A stretch of DNA of 56,993 nt, taken from NCBI GenBank assembly GCA_045542755.1, contig JAZQLP010000013.1, forward strand, positions 1 to 56,993, written 5' to 3'. The notes under the pieces were generated by a model that did no database searches, was not told the origin of the DNA, and was given only the letters and a program-made list of their open reading frames with translations. Source of the stretch: Eubacteriales bacterium. GTDB taxonomy: Bacteria > Bacillota > Clostridia > Oscillospirales > UBA644. Of the stretch, positions 47,196 through 55,998 are shown one piece after another. The translations under genes were made by a program, and so were the position numbers. Every line of letters begins with the position of its first letter. Positions within the stretch are counted from its first letter, which is position 1.

Positions 47196-48077
47196 TTATA
47201 TACCGTTTATTTTGGCTGTCAGATAAGAAAGCCAAAGATTTATATTTACGTTTGCCGAGGCTGTTCTGGAAATTACACCGTCGGTTACTTCCTTAACCGC
47301 TATGGCTCTTTTTAGCTTTTGCTCGTTTCCGTTTATTGCTGCATCCTTTATTTCTCGGTTCATTATATCCGAAAGTTTTCTCAAAAACCGTCCGAACGCT
47401 TCTCTCTTTTCTTCCTTCGCAGCGTTTTCTGCCGATGCGGCGGAGATAAGCATTGACTTAACGTCATTCTGTAATGCCGCTTTTGCAAAATCCTCTACCG
47501 CTTTGTCCTCCGAATCTTCGGGAAGCGCTGTATAGTCTGTTCTCAGAGCTAAGCACCGAGATCTCAAGGTTTGAAGGAGAGATTCCGGGGACTGGGCTAC
47601 GAATATAAAGGCATTTCCTGTGGGGGGCTCTTCTATGGCCTTTAGGAGAACGTTCTGTACCTGGGGCTTAAATTTATCAGCGTTATCAAAGAGAAAAACC
47701 CTGCATACGCCCTCTGTTGGGGAAAAGTACATTCCGTCAAGAAGGGTTCTTATTTCTTGGGTTGAAACGGTTCCGTCTACTCTTATAAGGTCGGAGTTGT
47801 TGCCCGTAAGAGTCTTTTTACAGGAGCGACAGACTCTGCAGGGTACTGGGGTTCCGTCGTTTGCAAGGCTTTTGTCGCACAGAAAAGCTTCGGCCAATCT
47901 GTTGGCGACGGTGTGTCTGCCAGAACCTTCCTCTCCGTATATGAGATAGGAGTGGAATCTGGTGTTTTTCAGTATTTCTTTTATGCCGTCGTTTCCTTGC
48001 AGGTCGCTTAAATCAACCGGCGGGAAATTTCTTTTTATATCCGACACAGCTATCTTCTTCCTCCATATCTCTGTCAT
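47196..48077 (-). CDS. holB: DNA polymerase III subunit delta'
   Basis: AAA+ clamp-loader fold: GEEGSGRHT P-loop-like, Zn module CRVCRSCKK, SRC motif RSRC. Confidence 0.85.
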   Translation of the reverse strand: MTEIWRKKIAVSDIKRNFPPVDLSDLQGNDGIKEILKNTRFHSYLIYGEEGSGRHTVANRLAEAFLCDKSLANDGTPVPCRVCRSCKKTLTGNNSDLIRVDGTVSTQEIRTLLDGMYFSPTEGVCRVFLFDNADKFKPQVQNVLLKAIEEPPTGNAFIFVAQSPESLLQTLRSRCLALRTDYTALPEDSEDKAVEDFAKAALQNDVKSMLISAASAENAAKEEKREAFGRFLRKLSDIMNREIKDAAINGNEQKLKRAIAVKEVTDGVISRTASANVNINLWLSYLTAKINGI

Positions 48078-48089
48078 GGGTGGTGTGAA

Positions 48090-49412
48090 TTATGCGATTA
48101 CCTCTACGCATTTTTTGTGTGCTGAAAGTATTTTTGACGCCTCTTCCGATATTTCCTCACCGCTTACCACTATAGCCATTCCGGGAGGACAGGTGGCAAA
48201 GGTTTCTGCTGATACCCTTCCTGCCGACATTTCTGTAGGTATATATTCCGTTGGGGAAAGGAGGGCTTCTTTGAGAGAAAGAACTCGTTTGGGAGGATTG
48301 GGCAACCTTATCTGTTTGTGGGGAATTGGAGTCTTCTTTTCAACGGATGCAAGGGCTGAATACAGTGCCTCCATATCCTCTTCGGTATTAAATGGGGAGA
48401 AAAGGGCTACCAGGGCGCAATCTCTTGTCATCTCGGCGAAGATGCCTCTTTTTTCAATTAGTGTCGCTACTTCATTTCCATAGTATCCCATGGGGAAGGT
48501 GTCTATGCAAATACGGAGAGTATCGCTCTTTTGATTGCGGAGCACCCCATAGCCTAATGATTCTATTTTATCTGCCAATTCGGCTACCTTAGTTGCCGTT
48601 TTGAGGTATTCTTCAGTGTTTTCGGCAAGATGAGCTATACCGAAGTCTACCGATGCCAATATGGGAAATGACGGACTCGTTGAGCCGAACATTGCCATAT
48701 GCTGCTTGATTTTTTCTTTGGGTATATCTTTATTTGAACAAAGAATAGCTCCCCCCGTCATAACGGGAAGGGTCTTGTGGAGAGAGTTAATTGCAAAGTG
48801 GCTGTGCTTTTCTGCATTTCTGTGTCCGTCATTTGGATACATGGCAGACAGGTGGCTTCCATGGGAATTATCGGTTATTAGGTCTGCTCCGTATTTGTCG
48901 CAAACCTCCCGGATCCCCTTTAAGTCGGCGCACACTCCGTAATAGGTGGGAGAAGTTATAAAGACAGCAGAATAACCGCCTTTTTTTAGTTCATCTTCGA
49001 TTTGTTCGGGAGTTGCGGGTATGGAAAATCCCATTTTTTCGTGGGGCGTTCCCCATACGAATCGGAGGTCAATATCCAAAAGGGAAGATGCGTTTATGGT
49101 GCTTATATGACAGCTTCTTTCTGTAAGAACCTTTTTCCCTGCGTAGAAGGAAAGGGCCGTTTGTATGCAGAGGGTGGCTCCGCCCGCTGAAAAGCAAACG
49201 CTTTTTACTCCGAAAGTTTCTGCAGCTTCTTTTTCTGCAGTAAGAATAGGACCGATCGGGTGATAAAGCTCGTCCGTAACGGATATTTCGGTTGTATCCG
49301 CAAAGGCAGGGGATATGGTATCCTCACATCTGAATCTGTGTCCTGGAGTGTGGAAGCTTATGTGCCCACCTTGATTTTTGACGGCGTTGTAAAGGGGCTT
49401 TGTGTTTTTCAT
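48090..49412 (-). CDS. Orn/Lys/Arg decarboxylase-family PLP enzyme (YaaO-like)
   Basis: PLP-lysine motif NSLHKTLP, fold-type I layout, yaaO position upstream of holB. Confidence 0.85.
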   Translation of the reverse strand: MKNTKPLYNAVKNQGGHISFHTPGHRFRCEDTISPAFADTTEISVTDELYHPIGPILTAEKEAAETFGVKSVCFSAGGATLCIQTALSFYAGKKVLTERSCHISTINASSLLDIDLRFVWGTPHEKMGFSIPATPEQIEDELKKGGYSAVFITSPTYYGVCADLKGIREVCDKYGADLITDNSHGSHLSAMYPNDGHRNAEKHSHFAINSLHKTLPVMTGGAILCSNKDIPKEKIKQHMAMFGSTSPSFPILASVDFGIAHLAENTEEYLKTATKVAELADKIESLGYGVLRNQKSDTLRICIDTFPMGYYGNEVATLIEKRGIFAEMTRDCALVALFSPFNTEEDMEALYSALASVEKKTPIPHKQIRLPNPPKRVLSLKEALLSPTEYIPTEMSAGRVSAETFATCPPGMAIVVSGEEISEEASKILSAHKKCVEVIA

Positions 49413-49416
49413 TATC

Positions 49417-49572
49417 TTACAACAACCCCTTTATCATATCTACCAGTCGCATAATGGGATATGCGGAAAGAAAACCTAAAATGGGCGCAAGAATACAAGC
49501 GGCTACCGTCAGAGCCGTAACTACGGGGTTTCTTTCATCTCCGATAAGCACTTTTTTTCTGCGTCGTCCCAT
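49417..49572 (-). CDS. candidate 51-aa small membrane protein
   Basis: Hand translation gives MGRRRKKVLIGDERNPVVTALTVAACILAPILGFLSAYPIMRLVDMIKGLL. GAGG SD 7 nt upstream. Its start shares one base with the rnfB stop (TAATG), and its stop lies 4 nt before the decarboxylase start. Confidence 0.45.
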   Translation of the reverse strand: MGRRRKKVLIGDERNPVVTALTVAACILAPILGFLSAYPIMRLVDMIKGLL

Positions 49573-50426
49573 TATTTTTCCTCTTCAGGCAAGGGATCCT
49601 TAAGGGTATCCCCGTCCTTTATTTGCTTTTTGCCCGACCATATTATCTTTCGGGGGCATTTTTCGGCGCAAGCGCCGCAATCTATACATTTGTCGTAATC
49701 AATAACTGCAACCCCGCCGTCTACCGATATGGCGCCCGTGGGGCAGACCTTTACGCAAAGGGAACATCCTATGCATCCCACCTTACAAAGGCTACGAACT
49801 ACGGTTCCTTTATCCTTTGAAGCGCAACCTACCCAAACGTCGGTATCAAAGGGTATGAGCTTGATAATTTTCTGGGGACAGCTTTCAACGCAGACACCGC
49901 AAGCTCTGCATTTTTCATATTCCACTACAGCTACGCCGTTTTCTATTTTTATGGCGTTAAAGGCGCATTTTTTTACGCAGGTGCCAAGTCCGATACAACC
50001 GTATTGACACTCTTTAGGACCGTTTCCAAGCTTTGCGAGGGAAAGGCAGTCGGACAGGCCTTGGTAAGCGTATTTTCTGCTTGCGAGAGTTCTTGTTCCG
50101 CTGCAAAGAACCTGAGCCCTCATTCTTATGGGCTTTTCGGGTGTTACCCCCATAATATCTGCGATTTTCTCCGCAACGGAATCTCCGCCTACGGGGCATT
50201 TGCCCGTAGAGGCTTCTCCCGTAAGAATTTTATGAGCATAGTCGTTACAGCCTGCGTATCCGCAACCTCCGCAGTTTGCACCGGGGAGAACGGCTGTTAT
50301 TTCTTCCTCTTTTGAGTCTTTATTTACAGCAAAGGTCTTGCTTGCAAGGGCAAGAAGAAGGCCGAGAATAAGGCCTATTACCGCAACTATTAGAACGGGA
50401 AGAAGGATGCTTACAAGTATTTCCAT
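49572..50426 (-). CDS. rnfB: Rnf complex subunit B (polyferredoxin)
   Basis: N-terminal TM helix, CGGCGYAGC block, several CxxCxxCxxxCP motifs. Last gene of rnfCDGEAB. Confidence 0.9.
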   Translation of the reverse strand: MEILVSILLPVLIVAVIGLILGLLLALASKTFAVNKDSKEEEITAVLPGANCGGCGYAGCNDYAHKILTGEASTGKCPVGGDSVAEKIADIMGVTPEKPIRMRAQVLCSGTRTLASRKYAYQGLSDCLSLAKLGNGPKECQYGCIGLGTCVKKCAFNAIKIENGVAVVEYEKCRACGVCVESCPQKIIKLIPFDTDVWVGCASKDKGTVVRSLCKVGCIGCSLCVKVCPTGAISVDGGVAVIDYDKCIDCGACAEKCPRKIIWSGKKQIKDGDTLKDPLPEEEK

Positions 50427-50441
50427 ATATGATTCTCCGCG

Positions 50442-51026
50442 TTAAAAGGGTAGGTTAAGGCCTTGAAATCCCATAAAGGATATACACATAAGGCCTGCTG
50501 CAATAAGTACGATGGGGATACCTCTGAAGGGCTTGGGGATATCTGCGTATGCCATACGCTCTCTGACAAAGGAGAGCATAACTATGGCAATAAGGAAGCC
50601 AACGCCCGAGGAGAAGCCGTAAACGATAGATTCAAGGAAATTGTATCCTTTGGTTACGTTCATAATTGCGGCTCCGAGAACGGCGCAGTTTGTGGTAATA
50701 AGGGGCAGATAGATTCCCAAAGACTGATAAAGGGCAGGAGCCGCTTTTTGGAGGAACATCTCCACTAACTGTACGAGAGCCGCTATTACGAGTATGAAGA
50801 TGATGGTCTGTAGATACTCTATGTCGAGGGGCTCAAGAAGAAACTTCTGGATAAGCCAGGTAAGAGCGGAAGATACAGTCATTGTAAATATGACTGCAAT
50901 ACCCATTCCCAGCGCCGTATCGGTCTTTTTGGATACGCCCACGAAGGGACATATGCCGAGAAACTTTACGAAAATGTAGTTCTCGATAAGAATCGCATTA
51001 AGAGCAATAAGTATTATGTTAAGCAT
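50442..51026 (-). CDS. rnfA: Rnf complex subunit A
   Basis: 194-aa polytopic membrane protein of the RnfA/NqrE type, with matching operon position. Confidence 0.92.
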   Translation of the reverse strand: MLNIILIALNAILIENYIFVKFLGICPFVGVSKKTDTALGMGIAVIFTMTVSSALTWLIQKFLLEPLDIEYLQTIIFILVIAALVQLVEMFLQKAAPALYQSLGIYLPLITTNCAVLGAAIMNVTKGYNFLESIVYGFSSGVGFLIAIVMLSFVRERMAYADIPKPFRGIPIVLIAAGLMCISFMGFQGLNLPF

Positions 51027-51701
51027 TTATTTACCCTCCTTCTTTGAGAGCCCCAGCTTATCGGTAATAAACTGGAAGAGGGCAATAGTTCCGCCGAGAA
51101 CGAGAAATCCTCCTGCGGGAAGAACTATGAGCAGGGCGGGGGAGAATGTTTCGGGCATTATTTGCAGGCCCAAAAGGGTACCGTTGCCTATAACTTCTCT
51201 TATGGCGCTGACTATGACCAGCGCACCGGTATATCCTATGCCGTTTGCAAGGCCGTCAATGACAGCGGGCAGGATAGGGTTCTTTGAAGCAAAGCTCTCT
51301 GCTCTGGCAAGAATTATACAGTTTACCACTATCAGAGGAACGAATACTCCGAGAGATTCAGAAAGTGATGGAAAGAATGCCTTTGTTATCATATCGGCAA
51401 CGGTTACAAAGCCGGCGATTATTACGATATATGAGGCGATTCTTATTTTCTCGGGGATAAAACCTCTGATAAGGGATATTACCAGGTTTGAAAACAGTAA
51501 AACGAAGGTTACGGCAATACCCATACCCAGACCGTTTACCACCGATGTGGTAATAGCCAACGCCGAGCACATGCCCAGTGTCTGTGCAAGAATGGGATTT
51601 TCGTATATTATACCGTTAAGCAGAATGCCCTTTAAATCCGTTTTGGGGGATTTTTTCGTGGGCTTTTGCTCTTCTTGATCAATTACGGTCTTTTCGTCCA
51701 T
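51027..51701 (-). CDS. rnfE: Rnf complex subunit E
   Basis: 224-aa polytopic membrane protein of the RnfE/NqrD type. Directly abuts rnfA. Confidence 0.92.
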   Translation of the reverse strand: MDEKTVIDQEEQKPTKKSPKTDLKGILLNGIIYENPILAQTLGMCSALAITTSVVNGLGMGIAVTFVLLFSNLVISLIRGFIPEKIRIASYIVIIAGFVTVADMITKAFFPSLSESLGVFVPLIVVNCIILARAESFASKNPILPAVIDGLANGIGYTGALVIVSAIREVIGNGTLLGLQIMPETFSPALLIVLPAGGFLVLGGTIALFQFITDKLGLSKKEGK

Positions 51702-51759
51702 GAAAAGTCTCTCTTTTCTCCGCAGTTTAAGGCATATCTGCGGTAAGCCTTAAAGTTGT

Positions 51760-52320
51760 TTAGCCGTTTGCAGAAATGATTTTGTCGGCAACGTTAGCGG
51801 CAATCTCCACCGCCGAGATAATGGCGTTTGAGGTATAAGTGGCTCCGCTTACCGAATCTACCGATGAAATCTTTGAGGTGTATATACCCTTGAATATGGG
51901 AATCATACCCTCTTCTGTAAGCAGAGGGGCGCCGATACTTGGCGTTTCGGTGTGGGAGATGACCTTTACTCCCTCAACCTTTGAACCGGTGGTTATTCCC
52001 ACGATAAATGATACGTCACCGCCGAAGCCTGCTGTCGTTACGTCAAAGCAGTACGCTACGATATATCCGTCCTGCCTTACGGCATAAACGGCGGCAATAT
52101 TTTCGCTTTCTTTTTCTGTTAAGTCGTAAGAGAGAACTGAAACGTTGCCCTCGGGGAACAGCTCGGAAATCGCTTTGTCTACTTTTGCTGAAGTGTTTTT
52201 TGCAATGGCATCTTTTGTTACGAAGTTTACGCAGGTGACCAAAAGAACAACGATAGAAGCTATTATCATCAGCCTCAGACCCATGGAGAGGTAGGGATTT
52301 TGAGCTTTGTTTTTACTCAT
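51760..52320 (-). CDS. rnfG: Rnf complex subunit G (FMN-binding)
   Basis: N-terminal TM helix and an FMN attachment-type SGATYTS motif. Confidence 0.88.
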   Translation of the reverse strand: MSKNKAQNPYLSMGLRLMIIASIVVLLVTCVNFVTKDAIAKNTSAKVDKAISELFPEGNVSVLSYDLTEKESENIAAVYAVRQDGYIVAYCFDVTTAGFGGDVSFIVGITTGSKVEGVKVISHTETPSIGAPLLTEEGMIPIFKGIYTSKISSVDSVSGATYTSNAIISAVEIAANVADKIISANG

Positions 52321-53330
52321 TTCTTAATACCTCCCGTTCCGTATCTTTTGGGTTTTGTTATTTTATCGATACTGGTTGCGAAGATATTCATAAGGAGAAT
52401 AGCATAGCTTACACCTTCTGCGTATCCGCTGTAATAACGGAGAATTACGGTAAGAAGACCACATCCTATGCCGTAGATTATTTTGCCCTTTCCTGTCATG
52501 GGGGAGGTCGTGTAGTCGGTGGCCATAAATACAGCACCTAATACGAGTCCGCCGCTAAGTAGCTGGGCAAGCATGAATTTCCAGTCAAAGTATCCTCCGC
52601 TGAGGGGGAATACGAAGGTCAGGAAAGCAACCGTTCCCAAATAAGTAACGGGAATGTGCCAGGTTATTACTTTTCTTATAAGGAGATATACGCCTCCGAG
52701 AAGAAGGAGTACAGCAGATATTTCACCTATACATCCCGCCTGATTTCCGATAAAGAGGTCTGTAAGGCTTTCCGTGGGCATAAGACCTTCTTTGAGAGAA
52801 CTTAAGGGGGTTGCGGTGGCTATGGCATCAATCTCGCTCAGATCCGCACCGTTTTTAAATATGGGGTCGTAGAGTATGGGTAAGGTGTATGATGCGAGAG
52901 GTTTTACGAATGTTGTCATGAGGATGGGCCAGGAGAACAGAAAGGCCCTTGCCGCGAGGGTAGGATTGAGGAAGTTTTTTCCTATTCCTCCAAAGAGCAT
53001 TTTTACAACCACTATGGCAAAGAATGCTCCCATCACAGCTATCCAATAGGGAACGGTGACGGGCAGACAGCAGGTGAGCAAAACTCCCGTGACTGCGGCA
53101 GACATATCGCCTACGGTATTTCTCTTTTTTCTTATAAAATTAAACAAACTCTCAAATGCCAGACAAGAAGCTACGGAGATTCCGCAGAGGGTAAGTACTC
53201 TGGGACCGAAGAATACGGTGGACAGTATTACCGAGGGCAGGAGAGCTATTATTACGTCTATCATTATGGTTCTCGTGCTTTCGGGAGAACGGTAATGAGG
53301 GGAAGACGTTACCAATAAACGTTTAGCCAA
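52317..53330 (-). CDS. rnfD: Rnf complex subunit D
   Basis: 337-aa polytopic RnfD/NqrB-type protein. ATGA overlap with rnfG. Confidence 0.92.
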   Translation of the reverse strand: MAKRLLVTSSPHYRSPESTRTIMIDVIIALLPSVILSTVFFGPRVLTLCGISVASCLAFESLFNFIRKKRNTVGDMSAAVTGVLLTCCLPVTVPYWIAVMGAFFAIVVVKMLFGGIGKNFLNPTLAARAFLFSWPILMTTFVKPLASYTLPILYDPIFKNGADLSEIDAIATATPLSSLKEGLMPTESLTDLFIGNQAGCIGEISAVLLLLGGVYLLIRKVITWHIPVTYLGTVAFLTFVFPLSGGYFDWKFMLAQLLSGGLVLGAVFMATDYTTSPMTGKGKIIYGIGCGLLTVILRYYSGYAEGVSYAILLMNIFATSIDKITKPKRYGTGGIKK

Positions 53331-53351
53331 AGTTTTAATCTCCTTTCGGTA

Positions 53352-54665
53352 CTACTCTTCTCTGGGTACGTTTGCTTTTGCCATTCTCATTGCCTGCACC
53401 AAGTATAGTTTCCCTGGGCAGGTGTATGAACAGCAACCGCATTCTATGCAATCGGTTACGTTGAGCTTTCTGCACTCTTCAAATTCCCCCGCCATAGCGT
53501 GCTGATATATCAGCGAGGGCATAAGTCTCATAGGGCAGGCGCTTATGCACTTACCGCACCTTATGCAGGTGGGGTCGGATGCAAAGCTCTCGTTATCGTT
53601 GCCGCTGAATGCGAGAAGGGCAGAGGTGCTTTTGATAACGGGAGCATCCAACGTATGTTGGGCAGTTCCCATCATAGGACCGCCGTGAATTATCTTATAG
53701 GGATTGCTTCTAAAGCCTCCGCAGTATTCGAATAGATCTGTATAGGGTGTGCCTATCCTTGCAAGAATGTTTTTGGGAGTTACTACCGCGGGTCCCGAAA
53801 CGGTAACCACTCTTTTTACAAGAGGCATTCCTTTGTAAATGGCTCTGAAAAGGGAAGCGCAGGTGTCAACGTTGAATACGGCACAACCAATATCAATGGG
53901 GAGCTTTCCTGCAGGAATTTCTCTTCCCGTAAGGGCCTTGATAATTTGTCTTTCTCCGCCCTGGGGGTATTTAGCGGGAAGGACGGCTACGGATATTCCC
54001 GTGCCTTCGCAAGTGGATTCCATGGTTGCGATAGCGTCGGGTTTATTGGATTCTATAACAATTACTGCCTCTTCTTTGCGTAGACAGTTCATTATCAGAC
54101 GAATACCGCCCACTATGGCTCTGGGGTATTCAAGCATGCCTCTGTGGTCAGCCGTTACGTAGGGTTCGCATTCCGCGCCGTTGATAACCAGGGTGTCTAT
54201 CCTTTTTTCAAGGGCGGACTTGAGCTTTGCGTGGAGCGGGAAGCCCGCACCACCCATACCTACGACTCCGGAGCTTTTTGCATATTCTATTATCTGTTCG
54301 GGAGATAGGTCGTCTATATCGCCCTTAAATGCTTCAAGGGAAGGGTCGGGGGTGTCCGAAAAGTCGTTTTCTATAACCACGGACCTTACCTTGACTCCCG
54401 AAGGATGCCAGTGAGGTTCTACGGCCTTTACTATACCCGAAACGGAGGAATGTACAGGGCAAGACAGCGATCCCGAGGGATAGCCGATAATCTGACCCAT
54501 ATATACCTTTTCGCCAACCGATACGGCAGGGGTACAGGGTGTTCCCACGTGCTGTAAAAGGGGGATAACGACTAGGTCAGGCGCAGGCAGTTCTTCGATA
54601 GACCTTGCCGACGTCTTCTCTTTATTGTATTCAGGATGGATACCGCCTCTTAATCGGAATGCCAT
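53352..54665 (-). CDS. rnfC: Rnf complex subunit C
   Basis: MAFRLRGGIHP N-terminus, NADH/FMN-binding GMGGAGFP, two 4Fe-4S motifs CIRCGKCISACP and CIECGCCSYTCP. Confidence 0.93.
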   Translation of the reverse strand: MAFRLRGGIHPEYNKEKTSARSIEELPAPDLVVIPLLQHVGTPCTPAVSVGEKVYMGQIIGYPSGSLSCPVHSSVSGIVKAVEPHWHPSGVKVRSVVIENDFSDTPDPSLEAFKGDIDDLSPEQIIEYAKSSGVVGMGGAGFPLHAKLKSALEKRIDTLVINGAECEPYVTADHRGMLEYPRAIVGGIRLIMNCLRKEEAVIVIESNKPDAIATMESTCEGTGISVAVLPAKYPQGGERQIIKALTGREIPAGKLPIDIGCAVFNVDTCASLFRAIYKGMPLVKRVVTVSGPAVVTPKNILARIGTPYTDLFEYCGGFRSNPYKIIHGGPMMGTAQHTLDAPVIKSTSALLAFSGNDNESFASDPTCIRCGKCISACPMRLMPSLIYQHAMAGEFEECRKLNVTDCIECGCCSYTCPGKLYLVQAMRMAKANVPREE

Positions 54666-54745
54666 ATTCGTTCTCCATTTCGTTGGTGCAGACAGTTCTG
54701 CGTCGCGATTGTTATAATAATATTCATATGTATAAACTACTTACT

Positions 54746-54774
54746 ATAATAACATAAAATATTTTTTTTGTCAA
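54746..54774 (-). promoter_or_regulatory. candidate promoter of the rnf operon
   Basis: On the minus strand: TTGACA (54774-54769), 17 nt, TGtTATTAT (54754-54746). Confidence 0.55.
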
Positions 54775-54819
54775 TAGGAATACGCTTCCTGAGGGTAGGA
54801 ACATATAATTTCGTGCACG

Positions 54820-54849
54820 AAAAAACCCTCAGGCAATAGCCTGAGGGTA
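54820..54849 (-). terminator. rho-independent terminator after rpmB
   Basis: The minus strand reads ACCCTCAGG CTATTG CCTGAGGGT followed by TTTTTT. Confidence 0.82.
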
Positions 54850-54889
54850 TTATCTGTTCGGAATTATCCGCTAAATTATTTCAGAATAA

Positions 54890-55078
54890 TTAAACAGTCT
54901 TCTGAACCTTCTGAGTACGCATGCAGTGTGTGCAGACATATATGTGCTTGGGAACACCGTTTACAACTGTCTTGACTCTGCGAACGTTGGGCTTCCATGT
55001 ACGGTTGGAACGTCTGTGAGAGTGGGACACTCTAATACCGAAGCTGACGCCTTTTCCGCAAATATCGCATTTTGCCAT
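54890..55078 (-). CDS. rpmB: 50S ribosomal protein L28 (Zn-ribbon form)
   Basis: MAKCDICGKG...SHSHRRSNRTWKPNV...CTHCMR. Characteristic L28 sequence with four Cys. Confidence 0.93.
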   Translation of the reverse strand: MAKCDICGKGVSFGIRVSHSHRRSNRTWKPNVRRVKTVVNGVPKHIYVCTHCMRTQKVQKTV

Positions 55079-55137
55079 AGTACCTACACCTCCGTTTGCG
55101 AAGAAGACTTCGCTTATGATTTCACAATGTACGAATT

Positions 55138-55166
55138 ATTATAACATATGTGCGTGGATTTTGCAA
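55138..55166 (-). promoter_or_regulatory. candidate promoter of rpmB
   Basis: On the minus strand: TTGCAA (55166-55161), 17 nt, TGtTATAAT (55146-55138). Confidence 0.55.
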
Positions 55167-55258
55167 TACGATAAATCCAAATTTATTGTGACATTTTGCC
55201 TGTTTTGGGCTCAAAAAGGGGATAAGCCCCATGAAAACCCGTGGTTTAGACAGCGAAA

Positions 55259-55996
55259 TTACATATAGAATATGCTATCCTTATACTCGTCCATAACCTT
55301 TTTATTGTGAGCATCGCCGCCCTCAAGGTTTGCGCTCATAAATACGGGAGGAGTAATGCCTCTCTTTATGAATCCTGCTACAGCCTCGGAGACAACGGCG
55401 TTAAGAATTGCCGCACCTGCCGCTGTGGATGTGGGGCCTGTCTTTTCGGGGAAGTCGCCTACTTTTACAGCTGCGTCGCCCTTTTCTCCGCAGTTGTCGA
55501 GAACTATATCGGAAACCTCAAAAAGTCTCTTGCCGCTGGAGTGACGGGAAGTAACTGCAGAGGAATATTCCATATTGGTAAGGCAAACTACGGTAGCCCC
55601 GTTTTCTCTTGCCTGGATAGCCATATCCACGCTTACTGCGTTTCTTCCTGAAACAGAATGGATTATAAGGAGGTCGCCTTCACCGATTTCCTTTCTGTTT
55701 ACGATGGTCTTTCCGTAGCCCTCTATTCTCTCTATATCGGAGGTAAGGGTTATGGGACGGGCATCAAGGGTAAGTCCGGGAGCAAATATGGGATTGATTA
55801 CCACAAGGCCGCCCGAACGGTAAAAGAGCTCCTGAGCCAGAAGTCCTGCGTGACCGCAGCCTACGGCGTATATTTTTTTCTTTGCAATGGATGCTTCCAC
55901 TATAAGCTCTGCGGTCTTGTTTATGGCGTCCATCTGGGTTTCAGATATTTTATCGAGAATCTTTTTGAGATTTTCGAGATACTGATTTGAATACAT
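55259..55996 (-). CDS. SIS-domain protein (UPF0309-like sugar-phosphate isomerase/binding protein)
   Basis: SIS fold blocks IYAVGCGHAG and LIIHSVSGRN. 245 aa. Confidence 0.78.
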   Translation of the reverse strand: MYSNQYLENLKKILDKISETQMDAINKTAELIVEASIAKKKIYAVGCGHAGLLAQELFYRSGGLVVINPIFAPGLTLDARPITLTSDIERIEGYGKTIVNRKEIGEGDLLIIHSVSGRNAVSVDMAIQARENGATVVCLTNMEYSSAVTSRHSSGKRLFEVSDIVLDNCGEKGDAAVKVGDFPEKTGPTSTAAGAAILNAVVSEAVAGFIKRGITPPVFMSANLEGGDAHNKKVMDEYKDSIFYM

Positions 55997-55998
55997 TT

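Noticed and set aside
54785-54852. Third copy of the rpmB terminator arm (CCTGAGGGTA at 54789-54798 as well as 54843-54852), suggesting alternative pairing or an attenuator
   Set aside because: The extra arm lies downstream of the complete terminator in the direction of transcription and upstream of the rnf -35. No competing structure could form before termination, so it is probably a remnant duplication.
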